A stretch of 49,236 nucleotides of DNA, counting the filler, from Streblomastix strix (lineage: Eukaryota), in NCBI GenBank assembly GCA_008636045.1. It is 2 parts of 2 records of this genome, joined end to end, with 100 filler letters (N's around TTAATTAATTAA, not from the genome) between each part and the next. Parts side by side here need not be neighbours in the genome. Positions count along the whole stretch, not along the records: positions 24,672 to 49,236 come from SNRW01000228.1; 1 more part is not named here. One strand, given 5' to 3'. Each line of letters begins with the position of its first letter. The stretch's first letter is position 1. Position numbers and translations under genes: made by a program. Positions 27,205 to 40,449 of this stretch are shown here, piece after piece. A model generated the notes under the pieces. The model searched no databases. It had not been told where the DNA came from and was given only the letters and a program-made list of their open reading frames with translations.

Positions 27205-27984
27205 ATGAGATATTTACATGGTACATAATATAATTTCAATGATAATTATACAATGTAAAAAGTAATAGCTTTATCAATGAATAACTAATAAACTTCTATG
27301 TAATCAATCATTAATAGTATCAATATTTATCCAGTAAAAATTATAACTTCAATTCCTGTTTAGAATTCTAATGATTGGGATATTATATATTCTGCTGTTA
27401 ATATATCTCAATATTATGGATAGTACGTTCCTGATGTCTTAACTCAGTTTTCAACTATGAATTATCAAGCTAGTCCTTCGATTCTATGGTAACCAAAGAG
27501 AATTATCTTATCGCCCAATTTATTCATATAATTAACAAGTGCTTTAGATTTATATGATGGATTATCTGAGAATGCTGCCAATCTTTTCGTTAATAATGCT
27601 TTTTTAATACAATTCATTAACTTAAAATTATAGTATTATAAATCCCAGAATGAATCTAAGATTTAAATTGCAGATATTCCTATTCTATGACTATTAATTT
27701 TCAATTTTCAATAATATCCCCAGATGTTAATCACAACAGTCTCCAATTAATTATAAGGTATATTTTTTTATAGAATTGGAAGATAAGACTTCTCAAATGT
27801 ATGTTACAAGTAAAATCTTATAGGTGCACCAATATTATTGGGTTAAAATATGCTATCTTAAGAATGTATGATAGGCTAAAACAAAACTGTAATATTCACT
27901 TTATATGATAATTACGGTAGAAAAATATCTAATTAATATATGGATATATATAATAATTTATTATTAGAAATTCAATCTTAATGA
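27205..27984 (+). pseudogene. Putative minor capsid (penton-like) protein
   Basis: About 260 codons, beta-rich, ending KTVIFTLYDN..RKI as in penton C-termini; adjacent to the capsid candidate; frameshifted. Confidence 0.4.
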
Positions 27985-28178
27985 ATATTCAAAATTATTA
28001 GACTTAAAAGCCCTCGAGCACCGAGCACCACTTCATCTTTAAATTCCTTATTTTTCCTAACTTAATATATTTAATATTGAATCATTAATAATTATTAAAT
28101 CTGCAAAGGAAATACTATTATTAATCATGATTATAATTTGTAAAATAATTTTAACAAGCAAATATTATTTTTCCATGA

Positions 28179-30100
28179 TCATCCAGATCTAATCATAGTT
28201 CCACCAACTTCACCTATGATTTCAAAGTTTAAAACCTATAGATCAAATGAATCATCAAAAATAAATCTAATGATAGCATCGCAGAGATACTGCATCTAAG
28301 AAGTTATCTAAGCATTAGTTGTAGTATGATAAGCTCTTGTTGCAATAAATTATTCAAGATTATTTTAATCATCTTAGAATTCAGGAACTGTGTCAAGTAT
28401 CCATGAATTATCTACAATTTCTGAAGTTAAGCTCTCCTATAATGTGACTTGAATATAAGTTCTAGCTCTCATTTTCGATGAATTATATCCTATCTTGAAA
28501 GAATCATCAGTTGTCATCTTCTAAGCAAGCATATATTTTTGAGGATAATATATTTTTTTTGCTTTTCTTCCTAGGTATAACATAGTATTATAGAATATTT
28601 TTTTCTATATATAATTATTACCCATATAATCATAGTAATTCCCATTTGTGTCTTTTATAGTTTGATTTTGGGAATTCAATGAATGATATAAATCTGAAGG
28701 TGCTGAAACTAAGTCTTACTCAACAAAACATTCGAACATCTATCCAATAATCATTGAATTAAACGAAACATATTTTAATTTAAAAAGATGTCACTGATAA
28801 ATTTCCAAATTGAACTTCTAAATTAATATAGGAAACATTAAAGTTTGATATTAATTCATTGAAAATGTGATAAACAAAGCATTTATATTAGAATATGATA
28901 TTATTTTCTACAATGAGCCTCCAATAACTGTCAATCCTCGAAATGGGAAATTAGTTGATTGAGTTCTAAGTATTTATATAGGAAAATTCAATATTTTTTG
29001 AAATCTTATCATATCAATGATTGCATCTTCATTTTCCATGTTGAAACACACATTATTAATATCTAACTTAGTATATCTTATATTTTTAATCTAATTTATT
29101 GAATTTGATGGCTTACTTTCAGTAGTTAGATTACCTTCTATATTCACAATTTTTTCTGAAAATGCATTATATGCACCTCTTCCCTGACTTATTAAGTGAA
29201 TTATATCAAGTTTCTCTCGTGGAATAATTTTATAAGTTGGATGATAGTTCGTTGTCATATCGTTCTTATTTAAATATATAACTTTCAGATTTTCCAAGAA
29301 ATCTTAGGTCCATAACTATAAAAATAACGAAACATAGTTACGTGTTAATATAGGAAAGAATTGAAAATTGTATTTAATAAATTTTAATCAAGTACTCCAG
29401 CAATTGTTATTGCATCCGGAATTAGATAATTGAAAGGAACAAACAGCAAAAATTCTCAACAGGAATATCAATGAAAATACCACATCGTCTTCTATTTCTA
29501 ACTATATATTCTAATGATAATATACTAACAGAATTATTAGTACTTTAATTTGATAATGAATTTGCAGCTATCACAGCTTATTCTCTTGCATAAATTGATA
29601 TTTTCCATAGTTTTATATTATATTTTCAGATTGTTATTTATTAAAATGGTCCACAAGCAGTTGAATAACTAATTCATTACTTAATATGTTCATTAGCATA
29701 AATTAATAATTAATCATCTTCATTTCTTACTTCCATTGTACGCCCCCAATCATCTTTTGGATCTTCTAATCCATTGAAATTTACTCAAGCTCTAGCTATT
29801 GTTGGATCTTTAATTACTCGAGTTGATCCTGATACTAAATTAAGTTATAATGACTATATATTTGATTGAATAGTAATTTACCAATTAACTTAGAATGATT
29901 ATACTATTGAGCAAGTTCATATTCCTCTAGCATCTAATGGAGCTCTAGTATATTTCTATCCATAATTTGTAAGTTAATTTATAAGTTATTCAAAGAATTC
30001 TTTTCTATTTAGATTGAAACTCTATGGATAAATAGATGCCTATTTCAATATTCAGACTCTGCTTAATGTGAAAATATATAATCAGAATGCTAAACATGAG
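28179..30100 (-). pseudogene. Putative major capsid protein (double jelly-roll), type A
   Basis: About 620 codons: STACGPF, IYAREQAVIAANSL, FNSFPILTRNY, LNFPIQILRTQS, YSNINALFITF, YLCDAIIRF...GEVGG. The call rests on size, beta-strand pattern and context; several TGAs and frameshifts. Confidence 0.5.
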
Positions 30101-30143
30101 CCAATTTCTATATATATTTACTAGTTAAGAAACTCATATTTGT

Positions 30144-30464
30144 ATGATTTACTAATTATTTAAATCAGCAAATAAGTTATATTATTAAAACAAATACACT
30201 AACTAGAAAATTAAATTAAATTTAAATAAGGGATTCTTCTCTGGGTTGAAAAATTTCGAACCTAAGATATAATGTGGTATTAGGAAAGTTGCAGGATGGG
30301 TAGCTGCTACTTCACATAAAGTAATGGGGACTTTATCAGGTCCAGTAAATATGTAACATCCAGGAACAGGATTAATAGTGGGAACTATTGGGAATATTGC
30401 TGGTGCAGTAGATAGGCATTTAAATAAAAGATAATTATATTCTTCATCATTGAAAATGCAGTGA
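30144..30464 (+). CDS. Small protein with an amphipathic, Gly-rich helix
   Basis: GFFSGLKNFEPKIQCGIRKVAGWVAATSHKVMGTLSG...VGTIGNIAGAVDRHL. Confidence 0.5.
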
Positions 30465-30763
30465 TAATAAATATCTTATAAAAATATAATATATTTATTT
30501 TTCTAATAATACTCTCAATATTAGCTAATGATGATATATATTGCTTTACATAATAACTAGAAAAAGTAAATAATGCCTCTGATTATGAAATGTTAAAAAT
30601 CTTTGAAGAATTGATTGATTATAAGGAATTAGATGATAATCAAAAATAGTTTTATGATTAGAAAAAATAAGAATCTAATGAAAGATTTGGTATGATAACA
30701 GAATGTACTTTTGATATCATAAGTTATCTTTGTTACTTAGGTACGTTAAGTTGTGTTAATCAA

Positions 30764-31179
30764 TAGTGTCCACAAAATAGTTGATTATCATTGTACATGA
30801 TTAATTAATTATATATCTATTTTCCATCATCAATTGCTTCAGATATAATATATTTCTTTATTTATTATGGTTGTTGATTCAAGTCCATTTTCTTCTTGAT
30901 TTAATTATATTCATTTGTATAGTACTTATTATTCTCATCATATATTTTATTTTTATAGTCTTCATCATCAACAAATTATTTCATTGACTATAATTTACTC
31001 TATTATGTTGTGAATTACTTATTAATTTTTGTTAATTCCTTAAGTAATATATGTTATGAATCTTATTTACTTTTCATCAGCAGATTTTATAGTGTTTTTA
31101 TCGTTGTTCTTATTAAATCTTCATCTTCATAGATTGTTTTTGCAAGTTCAGTGAAGAGCTGTTTTAATGGCTTAGACAT
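30764..31179 (-). CDS. Small hypothetical element protein
   Basis: MSKPLKQLFTELAKTIYEDEDL..., preceded by the TTATTTTT motif; probably frameshifted. Confidence 0.4.
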
Positions 31180-31289
31180 TTAATATCAAAAATAAACTGA
31201 TTTCATCAGCTTGCAGAGTGAAACTCAGCAAACTTTAGTTTGTTGCAACAAGGTTGCGTAAATTCAACAACGATTTTTTCATAATATTT

Positions 31290-32608
31290 TCATGGAGTAA
31301 CTGATTCTAGTGTTATTGGTCCAGCTATCCAGAATACAGTATTTCCATCACTATGGAATCTACCTCCTTTTCCAACACTATTTACACTCCATACGATTGG
31401 ATTTCCAGCAGAATAATTAATTGTGCAATTACTAGCACTTCCAATTGTTCCAGTACCAACAATTAAACTATCATTGAAAGATAATGTGTTTCCATCAGCA
31501 GTTATAACTAATCCTCTATTGGTAAAATCAGCATCAGCACTTAAATAAACTTTCAAATCTAAATTTAAATTTGTTGTTTATATTCACCATTAATTTGCTT
31601 ATTTATCATAATTTTAATTACTGTCCACGTCAAGATATATTGCGCTATTTCCTTATGCTGGTGACTTTGCAATTCTTAATCCATATCCATATCCAGTACC
31701 ATCAACATGGTTGATTTAAAAGGTTGATTTATACAAATTCTGAAATAAGGTAATAATTATTGAATGACCAAAAGGTAATGTAATAGAAACTGCAGTAGTA
31801 AGTAATTTAGTAAATTGAGCTATCCCATCCTCTAATTGGTTTAATAGAAGAATAATTTGTTTGGTCAGACTTATACTCTTACCCATAATTCACTATATCT
31901 ATCAGCGTCTGAGTCAAAATGTTCCAATAGCTCCTAAATTAATATCTCTTTTTGGTATTTCATCACAAACATTTAAAGAATGTATATGATTTCCTCGTGA
32001 ATATTCATTTGAAGTTTCTGCAACTCCTGTTCCACTATCAACAAATGGAGTAGCATCACTTGCAGAAGTTACTTAATCAGGAACTATATCTCCACTGTTA
32101 TACAAATTCTAATTATATATCCATACATTTCCACTTTCAGCTGAAAATGCAAAATCACCATTGGTAGAGTTTTCTAATTAATATATAGTTCTAGTGAAAT
32201 ATAATTCTTATTGAATATTTATCGATTAAATTCTTAATATATAACATAACTTTATTATTATAAACCTTCAATATCTTAAGTTGCAGTTCCCAATGTTTAT
32301 TATTTTACATTAACTTCTTATTCTAATGTAGCTATTTTACTTAAGAAATCGTTAATAAATTAATTTGTATTTTTCAATACCATAACATCAGAAGTTTGCA
32401 GCTATATAGTAAAATTTTAAGTACTATCTGTTGATACATAAAATTTTAGGGTTTAATAATCAATTGTCAATTAGTATTCACTTCCTGATAATTTACTACT
32501 GGAAGATGATATTTTTCTTGAATATTATATCAAATATTGGAAATCTGATTAAATTAAAGAACCTATCACTTAGACCTATTATTGACTAAAATTTTTTGCT
32601 AATGTCAT
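31290..32608 (-). pseudogene. Fibre-like protein A
   Basis: ATG at 32608; coiled coil; then DATPFVDSGTGVAETSNEYSRGNHIH (tail-fibre-like HxH unit), NRGLVITADGNTLSFN and a C-terminal NYSAGNPIVW...FHSDG..VFW tip. Frameshifts present. Confidence 0.6.
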
Positions 32609-32639
32609 TTCAGAGTATGCAAAAATAAGTAAAATCTTA

Positions 32640-33150
32640 TAATTTTGTCTCTTCAATGATTCTTTAATATTTCATATTTACATTTTCATTTATTAAGAAA
32701 TTTGAATTCATATTTATTTTGAGTTCCATATAATAACATAAACACATCAAAGTCAAGATTCTAAATAGAATTCTCTTCATAAGCTTGTATCAAATCATTT
32801 TTTGATAGATTAACTCCTAAACAATTAACATGTGATAATATTCTTGCTGTTTTAAATTATTAGCTGATCATTAAACAACGAAAAACACAGTACTTTTACT
32901 GTGTCTACTATCGGAAACTAAATGAGTTATTATCTTTGCCAACCCTGAAGAGAGTCTTTATATTTCAGCATTACTTCCAATATCATCAAATTTAGGCAAT
33001 GAATTTAATTAAGATCTATGAAATAATATAGGAATTTTTAATATCTTAAAGTCAGCATCACCATTTATTTATGATATTTCTGTTTTTTTTTCAAATTATA
33101 CATTATGAATCATTGCAGGAACAGTAAATCTCATTATCATTGTTAGAACA
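32640..33150 (-). pseudogene. A32/FtsK-like genome-packaging ATPase, C-terminal part
   Basis: Walker B-like FDDIGSN (32982-32987), LVSDSRH (32901-32909, RH motif), then FVVQ. No Walker A found. Confidence 0.55.
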
Positions 33151-33184
33151 CTATATTTTTCCATGATATTAATGCATTCTATTT

Positions 33185-33275
33185 TGTTAATCCATAATCT
33201 CCAAACTTAACATTTTCTTCTATATCAAAAAATACATTTTCTGGTTTTAAATAACTTTATGAAAAGAAATGAATT
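33185..33275 (-). pseudogene. Ser/Thr protein kinase fragment (subdomains VIb-VII)
   Basis: YLKPENVFFDIEENVKFGDYGL matches DLKPENI...VKLGDFGL. Confidence 0.7.
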
Positions 33276-33282
33276 TACAATG

Positions 33283-33345
33283 GGAATAATTCAAACTTTT
33301 ACAGGAATAATTCAAAGTTTTAATCGAGTGACTCAAAGTTTTGCA
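33283..33345. repeat. Three degenerate 21-bp tandem units
   Basis: GGAATAATTCAAACTTTTACA / GGAATAATTCAAAGTTTTAAT / CGAGTGACTCAAAGTTTTGCA. Confidence 0.7.
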
Positions 33346-34000
33346 AGTGAACTTTTTTCAAAATTATGAAAACTCACTTACATAATGTTATTGAACATCG
33401 TATTATTATAACTTTTCAACTCGAGCATGTTCTCAAAATTTTCTTTGGTGAGGCAGTAAACCGATATTTAAAGTATTTATAAGTTATTAGAAATGTGAGA
33501 TAAACAATATGATAAATAATAAAAGTATTAAAGATATAATTTATATTTAAATATGATTCAATAATAAAATTTAAAATATTTTTATGATTCATTGAGATAT
33601 TCAACATTTAAATTTTCGAGTCCCATAATGCCAACATTTTTTTCAAAAAAATTTATTTAGCATAAATCGAATTAAAATATAAATATTCAATATTATATGT
33701 TTATTTATTTGACCTTTATATATTAAATTCTCTTCAAGTGTCAATCATAATAGAAATATTAAATTAATTATTGAAAGTTTTGAAACATTTTGTTCTTCAA
33801 AGATTTGATGCATTAATTAATGTGAATTATATATTAACTATATATATTGTGATAAGATTTATAAATTGAAATCAAATTCTTTATATTATTTTATATTTCT
33901 TTGAAATTAATAAAATTTAGTAGTTTAAATTTATCAAACAGTAATCCTAATATTTTCATTAGTTTAAAAATATATTTACTTATACGTAGAATTTAAACAA

Positions 34001-37000
34001 ATGTAGCTCAATAATTTTTAAAATAATGAAGCAATTGCCAAAGAGGTTTATGATGAAATTACTTATAAACTTCATTACTTTAATAAACTGATTCCGTAAG
34101 AACAACTTTCTTAATTTGCAAATACAATATATGAATCATACAAAGAACTTCCATTTAAAGTTTAAATTGATTTTGGAGTTCTAATATAACGAAAACTTGA
34201 TGCAAATAATTATGAATATTCTTGTAGAATTCATTCATTAGATAAAGCTTTTAAACATAAATAATCAACAATAACTGACAAGAAATCATTAGAATAATTC
34301 AAAGTAGTTATGTTTAAAGAGTTAATAGAATTAATGGAACGTACATAAGATGACACTAAAAATCTGATAGTTGGGATATTTAATATAATGTTCGCTACTT
34401 ATAAATTAATAGATACTAGTGCAAAAATGCCATATCTGGATAAATATGTTAAAAAGCATTCAGTTCATTATATTGATTCAGATTACAAAATATGTTTCTT
34501 TGTTGCTCTTGCCTATAAAATCAGAAGTTAAATTGTTGAAAAAGTAAGTAACTGCTAAGTTATTTCATTTGTTAAACAATTGTTCGCTTACTTCAATAAA
34601 ATTAAAGGTAAATATAAACTGTTTGGGTACTTATATATTAATGCAGTTAATAAAGATTAATCTCTTAACAAATATCTAGAAGGCTGTTAATGATTCAAAA
34701 TCTCTATTGAATTGACTAAATTTACTGATACTTTTAATTTTGTAGTTAACATATATATTTATCATGAAGAATTTGAAGGAAAAACAGGTTAATATAGATT
34801 ATTCAATTAATACGGTTAACTTAATAATAAATCAATGACTTTAGTCTTTGCACTCATTGGTGATGGAAAAGAGCAACATGTAATGTATGTATCTAGCGTA
34901 GAGAAACTTACTGGTGTTCTTATTTGTCCACATTGTCATGATTATGTTACAATATTATCAGATACTAACAATAGAGATAATGAATATTTCAACACTCATG
35001 TAGAAAAATGTAAATAATCCACTCATGAGTCATCAATCTCATTACATGATGTTCCAATGCCAATATGTCCTGCAATTCTAAGTCATCATACAATAGAATA
35101 CTTAATGGCTTATGGGTTAATGGATCAATTTAAAGCATAGCGAGGATTTATAACATTAGACTTTGAAACATTAAGTGATTAAGTTATGAAAAATATAACA
35201 GATTAAACAAAATTACTCTCACAATTATCTAGATTATCAAATGCATCAACGGGAGTATATCCAAATAATGATAAATCATATGAATTCGTTAAGAGATGAT
35301 ATACATTATTTGATGAATTATTTAACAATTATTAGAAATAATTGAAGAAATATGAATTGCCTAACTCTCATCTTTAGTCCATTTAGGGCTTTCATAGATA
35401 TTTGAATCTGCAGAATAGATATATATGTATATATGAAGTATGGTGATAAAAATATTCCATTTGACAGAAGCGTCAAAGTATTGGGGTAGAATAGTTCAAG
35501 ATTTGATATTGCTCTGTTATGGGATGCATTAGATTGTGAACTTTGGACAATGGATGTATTTATTGGTGATCTCAATAATACTAAATTAATTACAGTAACA
35601 CATAAGAAATCACATATGAAATTATAATTTATAAATGTTGAAAATTTGTTTGAATTAATAACAATAAAAGCATGTATTAAAGATTCTGACGATAAATCTG
35701 AATATAAAGATGAATTTTCTTATGAAATTATTAACTCAAAGAATTGGTAAGAAATATTAATGAAAAATGAATCGTTTGAATATAATGATTTTAAATCATA
35801 GGTCAAAGGAGGATATTCATTCACTAAAAATGAATAAGATTAATATTTGGTTGATTTAAAGAGATTTACCAACAGATTAGACTATTTCAAATACTATAAC
35901 ATTAATGATATTGAGATTATGGTTAATCTATTAATGAATTTAATTGAAACATTTGAATAATTCAATATTGATGTTTTTGCACTATATTTCAATAGGTTCA
36001 TGTGCATATACAACGAAACATTATTCAACATACTTTCCTTCTCAATTCATTCTTGAAAGTGATTAATAATCGTATTAAGAAGATTTTAATATTAATGGTG
36101 ATTACACTAATCCAAATCCTTAAGCGAAACCCTTCATACTAACAGAATGGTTTTGGAAAAACAAGTGTTACAATTACAAATAATAAGATTATAACGCTGG
36201 TAAAGGAACATAGAATAATGTAACAGCTGATGACTATGATTACTATAAAAAGTTGTTTGAGTCATCAATGTGTTCAATTTGTAACGCTTAATTTACTTAC
36301 GATAACCATCCTAGCTTTGACATATAAAATAATGAACTTATTCATACTAAAGATAACTGTTTGCCTGCTTTTGTTTCATATAATATTGCTCATGCAAATA
36401 GAGATCTAAAAATAGCATCATTATATATCAAGATGAGATAATATGCAATTAAACACTAGTTACCTATGACAATTAGTGATGATAAAATATATAAATTACT
36501 TCGAGAATGAATTACAGGTGGTCTTGAAGCAGAATTTAATAGAGAGAATATAGCTGGATAAACTCATATAAATGAATTAAATTAAGATGAATAATCAAAT
36601 AAAGTGATCTCATCAGATAATGAAAATGTTGCTACTCGTGAATTTGTACTTGATGATAATAATCTCTATCCCAGTTCATATTTATCCATCAAAAATGAAA
36701 ATATTCGTTATACTGATCATAGAATGTATATTGCAGGCAGATCGAAATTTTATTCAGAAAAACCATACGTATTAAAAAAATGCATAGATTAGAGAAAAGA
36801 GATATTTGTGGCAAAAGTCAAAGGTTATTTTCTTAAGTCAGAATACAATAACTTACTTGCAATGCCTCCAATCTTCAGAAATTTTGAGATAAAAAACAAG
36901 TAAGAAGTGATAGGTGAATATATATATTCACAAGCACAAAAACATTCACTACCAATGACTAAGAAAGATAGAAAATTTACAACATTACTTGATACCAATG

Positions 37001-39222
37001 GTTGATATAAGGCGTTTAATAACTATTATCTTTTGCTTCTTATTGATCTTAGTTTCATCATTACTGATTATAAAGCTATTGAAAATTTTGAGAAAAATAC
37101 GGCATATGAGCCTTTTATTAGGTCAATGATGAATTTAAGAATATAAGCTACAGTGTGACCCATAAATAGTGGCAAAAATGATATATTGTTAATTATTATC
37201 ATTTATTTTAATATTAATTATGTTTAAATGAAATGAATAATAAATAGTAATAGTATAAGTGCGAAATGTTATAAAAATGTTATAATTATTTTAAATCAAT
37301 CTCTTGATGGATAACAAATATGAAATTAATTCATTGAAAAAAATAATTAAATAAATGTAACGAAAAATCAGCTACTTCCACGATGATCTAAATATATATT
37401 ATGAAAAATTTTAATTAATTAAACAAATATAGATTCTTATTATTAAAATTCAAACAAAAATTTACATACAAAAGTTGATCTAAGCTCACAATCAAACATT
37501 TTCTATGTAATATTGCAAAAAATCTTAATTTTCAATTTATTTTCCTTCTTGTTCGATGATGCTTAATTCAATAAATTTGAAGTCAATTATGTCTAATAAA
37601 TGCAATAAGTAATATTAAACTAAAATTAAACAAAAAAATGCTTAATTATAAGTTCTAGCTGACAAAAAATTGATTTTTGTGTGTTTGTTGATACCGAAAG
37701 ATTCAAGACTAGATAGATTGGTATTTTTAAATATTTTGTAAGAAATATGTAGAAAAATAATGTAAATATACAAATATTTGCTTGAAATTGAAAATAGTAT
37801 AGTGCAGTTTGTAAAAACTGCAAATTAAGTTTGATTTTCGCATCGCAGTTTCTGGCACATAAAGTTGAGCTGATTCAGAGCAAAGGATGGTGACAATAAT
37901 TTTAAGGATAAGTTTTTTTGTTAATGAATGTCTAATTACAAATGTATATGAAGTTTCAAATTGATCTGTCCCCACAACCCAGAAAAAATTACATAAAATT
38001 TCATCTCCTGTTTTAAGCCTCACTTCAACCGCAAAATTGCATAAATTTAAATTTTAAATTAAATTTCGGAAAATTTATACATTCATTTACAAAATAATGT
38101 ACTCCTATAAAAATGAAAACTTTTAGGTATCTGTTAGTTACTTGAATGTTATTATATATAAATTTATATTTAAAATTATTTTTAATATGATGTTACTACT
38201 GTGACATTCCAAAACTTATGAGGCAAGAAATAAATTTATCGTGCGAAAAATTTTATTAATGAGATTTGATACTATGTTTATTTTAACAATTAATATATTA
38301 TATAATTCGATATGATATATATTTTTTTATTTTTCCATTTGCCACTACTTATGGGTCACCCTGTATATTAGCAGGATCATCTAAAGAAAAATTCTATAAA
38401 TTAGTAAATAACGCTTCTTTTGGATATGATACACTAAACACAGAGAAGTTTGGTAAGATAAAATTATTAGATAAAGCTGATATATTTATTACATGGCATC
38501 ACCCTAATTTCATTAGTACCAGACATATTAGTACTAATATATTTGCAGTACAAATTAAACCAAAAACAGCTACTTGTTTTATATCACTTTAATCTGGAGT
38601 CTTTACATTATATAATGCAAAATATTGGTATCTCAATTATATATATAACATCATGTATTAATGTCTAGACTGCAAGCAATTTCATTTTGATCTTGTAGAT
38701 ACTGATTCAATTTATATAACTATAGCAGGTGATCCAGCTAAAGACTGTCATTAATAATTTAAAGCTATAGTAACAGATAAACAGTTCTATGACTAACATG
38801 TATACTAGTATTTACGTAATCCTAATAAAGACATCAATGAATATAAAAAGATACTTGGATTTGGAATTGAAAATGAAGGATATGAACTTTCATCATTAGG
38901 ACTTAAGTACTACTCAATGATTGTACACAAATGTAACAAAGAAAAATAGTAATATGAATTTAAACCAAAAATTACATCTAAAGGTATTAGCAAATCATAG
39001 TAAATATCTCATAGTGATTACGTCAATGTAATTAATAAGGACATAGTGAAGAAAGGTATTAATGGAACACTAAAAATGTACAATAATATTATGAGTAGCT
39101 TTCAAGTTGAAAAATATGCACTAACAGGGTTCAATAATAAGTCAATAGTACTTAGGAACTAATGTTGTTGTCCCCACATTAAAGGATTGACAGCAAAGGA
39201 TTATGTTATCAAAGATTAATGA
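34001..39222 (+). pseudogene. polB: Protein-primed family B DNA polymerase (pPolB), interrupted at 37151-38363
   Basis: Exo I LDFET (about 35157), Exo II GQNSSRFD, Exo III YYNIND, ITGG, motif A DDNNLYPS (about 36652), motif B YKLVNNASFG (about 38395), motif C VDTDSIY (38695), KITSKG; TGA at 39220. Internal TGAs (e.g. 34691) and frameshifts. Confidence 0.92.
37151..38363. mobile_element. Tc1/mariner-type non-autonomous transposon, 1213 bp
   Basis: TIRs CAGTGTGACCCATAAATAGTGGCAAA and (reverse complement) CAGGGTGACCCATAAGTAGTGGCAAA match at 24/26; TA duplication at 37149-37150 and 38364-38365. Confidence 0.93.
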
Positions 39223-39249
39223 ATTTATTATTTTTTATTTTAATCTAAA

Positions 39250-39616
39250 ATGGAATCAATATAGCAATATCTAACTCAAATTGATGTGAATAATAAGAGA
39301 ATTGAGGAATTAATGGAATAAAGATATTAGCAATAATAACTTATTAATAAATTGTAATACTATAATAACTTTAACTCTAATCGAAAACCAAATAATATTA
39401 ATAATGAAATTGATGACCCTACAATTAATGTATTCAGTGGAAGTGGAGTTGATATGAAAAGATTACATAAAAAAGAGAAAATAAAATGAATTAGATTGGA
39501 TGAATTGTAATAACAATAGTTATAACAGATTAAATGACGCTTTAGCAGAATATGATGAAATTAGATATTATAATTAGAAATTACTAAAAGATCTTGTTGA
39601 GAATATAGATGATTGA
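39250..39616 (+). pseudogene. Small hypothetical element protein
   Basis: MESIQQYLTQIDVNNKRIEELM..., directly after the pPolB stop; internal TGA and frameshift. Confidence 0.45.
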
Positions 39617-39640
39617 TTCGTTTTATTTTTCTAAATCAAA

Positions 39641-39784
39641 ATGAGTATCATTGAACCACTGACTGCAAATATAACCGTAGAAATTGAACTACTTGAAAAG
39701 CTCCATACTGATTGGAAAGGTATATGGAAAATTATATACGAGGCTGGAATCAAATTTGCATGCAAATCAAAATTATGCAAATGA
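39641..39784 (+). CDS. Small hypothetical element protein (47 aa)
   Basis: MSIIEPLTANITVEIELLEKLHTDWKGIWKIIYEAGIKFACKSKLCK then TGA, preceded by the shared upstream motif. Confidence 0.45.
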   Translation: MSIIEPLTANITVEIELLEKLHTDWKGIWKIIYEAGIKFACKSKLCK

Positions 39785-39826
39785 ATAAAAAAAGTAAGAT
39801 AGATATTATTTTTATTTTTGATGAAA

Positions 39827-40430
39827 ATGTCTGAAACATAATAACAAACAGAGACAGAAACAGAATTCATTACTTTTAAAACTAATAGTGAATTTGAGAT
39901 TTCAATATAAAATCCATGGATTATAAGTTGGAAAGAAGATGATTTTATTTCTAAATTCAGTAGGAATAAGTGTCCGTATTTGGGGGGAAATGTGGCGGAT
40001 AACTGTGTGATATTCATAAAATTATTGTGAAACAATTTGTTGAAAATGATGATCCGATTAATAAGACATAAGTTGATCATAAAGACTAAAATAAGTTAAA
40101 TGATAGTTTAAGTAATTTAAGTTATGTATCAGCAAATGATAATTGTAAAAATAAAACGAAACATAATAATGAAATAATTTATGAATATATTGATGAACTC
40201 CCTGATGACACTATTACTATTAATGATTATAGAGTATATATGTTTGAATTCTATTAATTTAGTGAAGAAACAGATAAAATTTTACTTCTATTATGTTTTT
40301 AATTATTGAGTATTACATATTAATACATAAAAATATGTAGCATTATTTGTTTATGCTTATGATTGAAATAATCATAAAGTAGCTATTGTTTATCAATAAA
40401 TTCAAATGATACAATAATTTGATAGATTGA
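39827..40430 (+). pseudogene. HNH endonuclease (HNH_3-like)
   Basis: QVDHKDQNKLNDSLSNLSYVSANDNCKNK at about 40069-40155; frameshifts. Confidence 0.8.
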
Positions 40431-40449
40431 GTCTTTAATTTTTGCTTCC

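Larger units (their letters stand above)
26640..33180. mobile_element. Endogenous Polinton-like/virophage-like block A (virion morphogenesis genes), decayed
   Basis: Dense intronless genes: putative penton, capsid, fibre and packaging ATPase. Termini were not identified. Confidence 0.65.
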
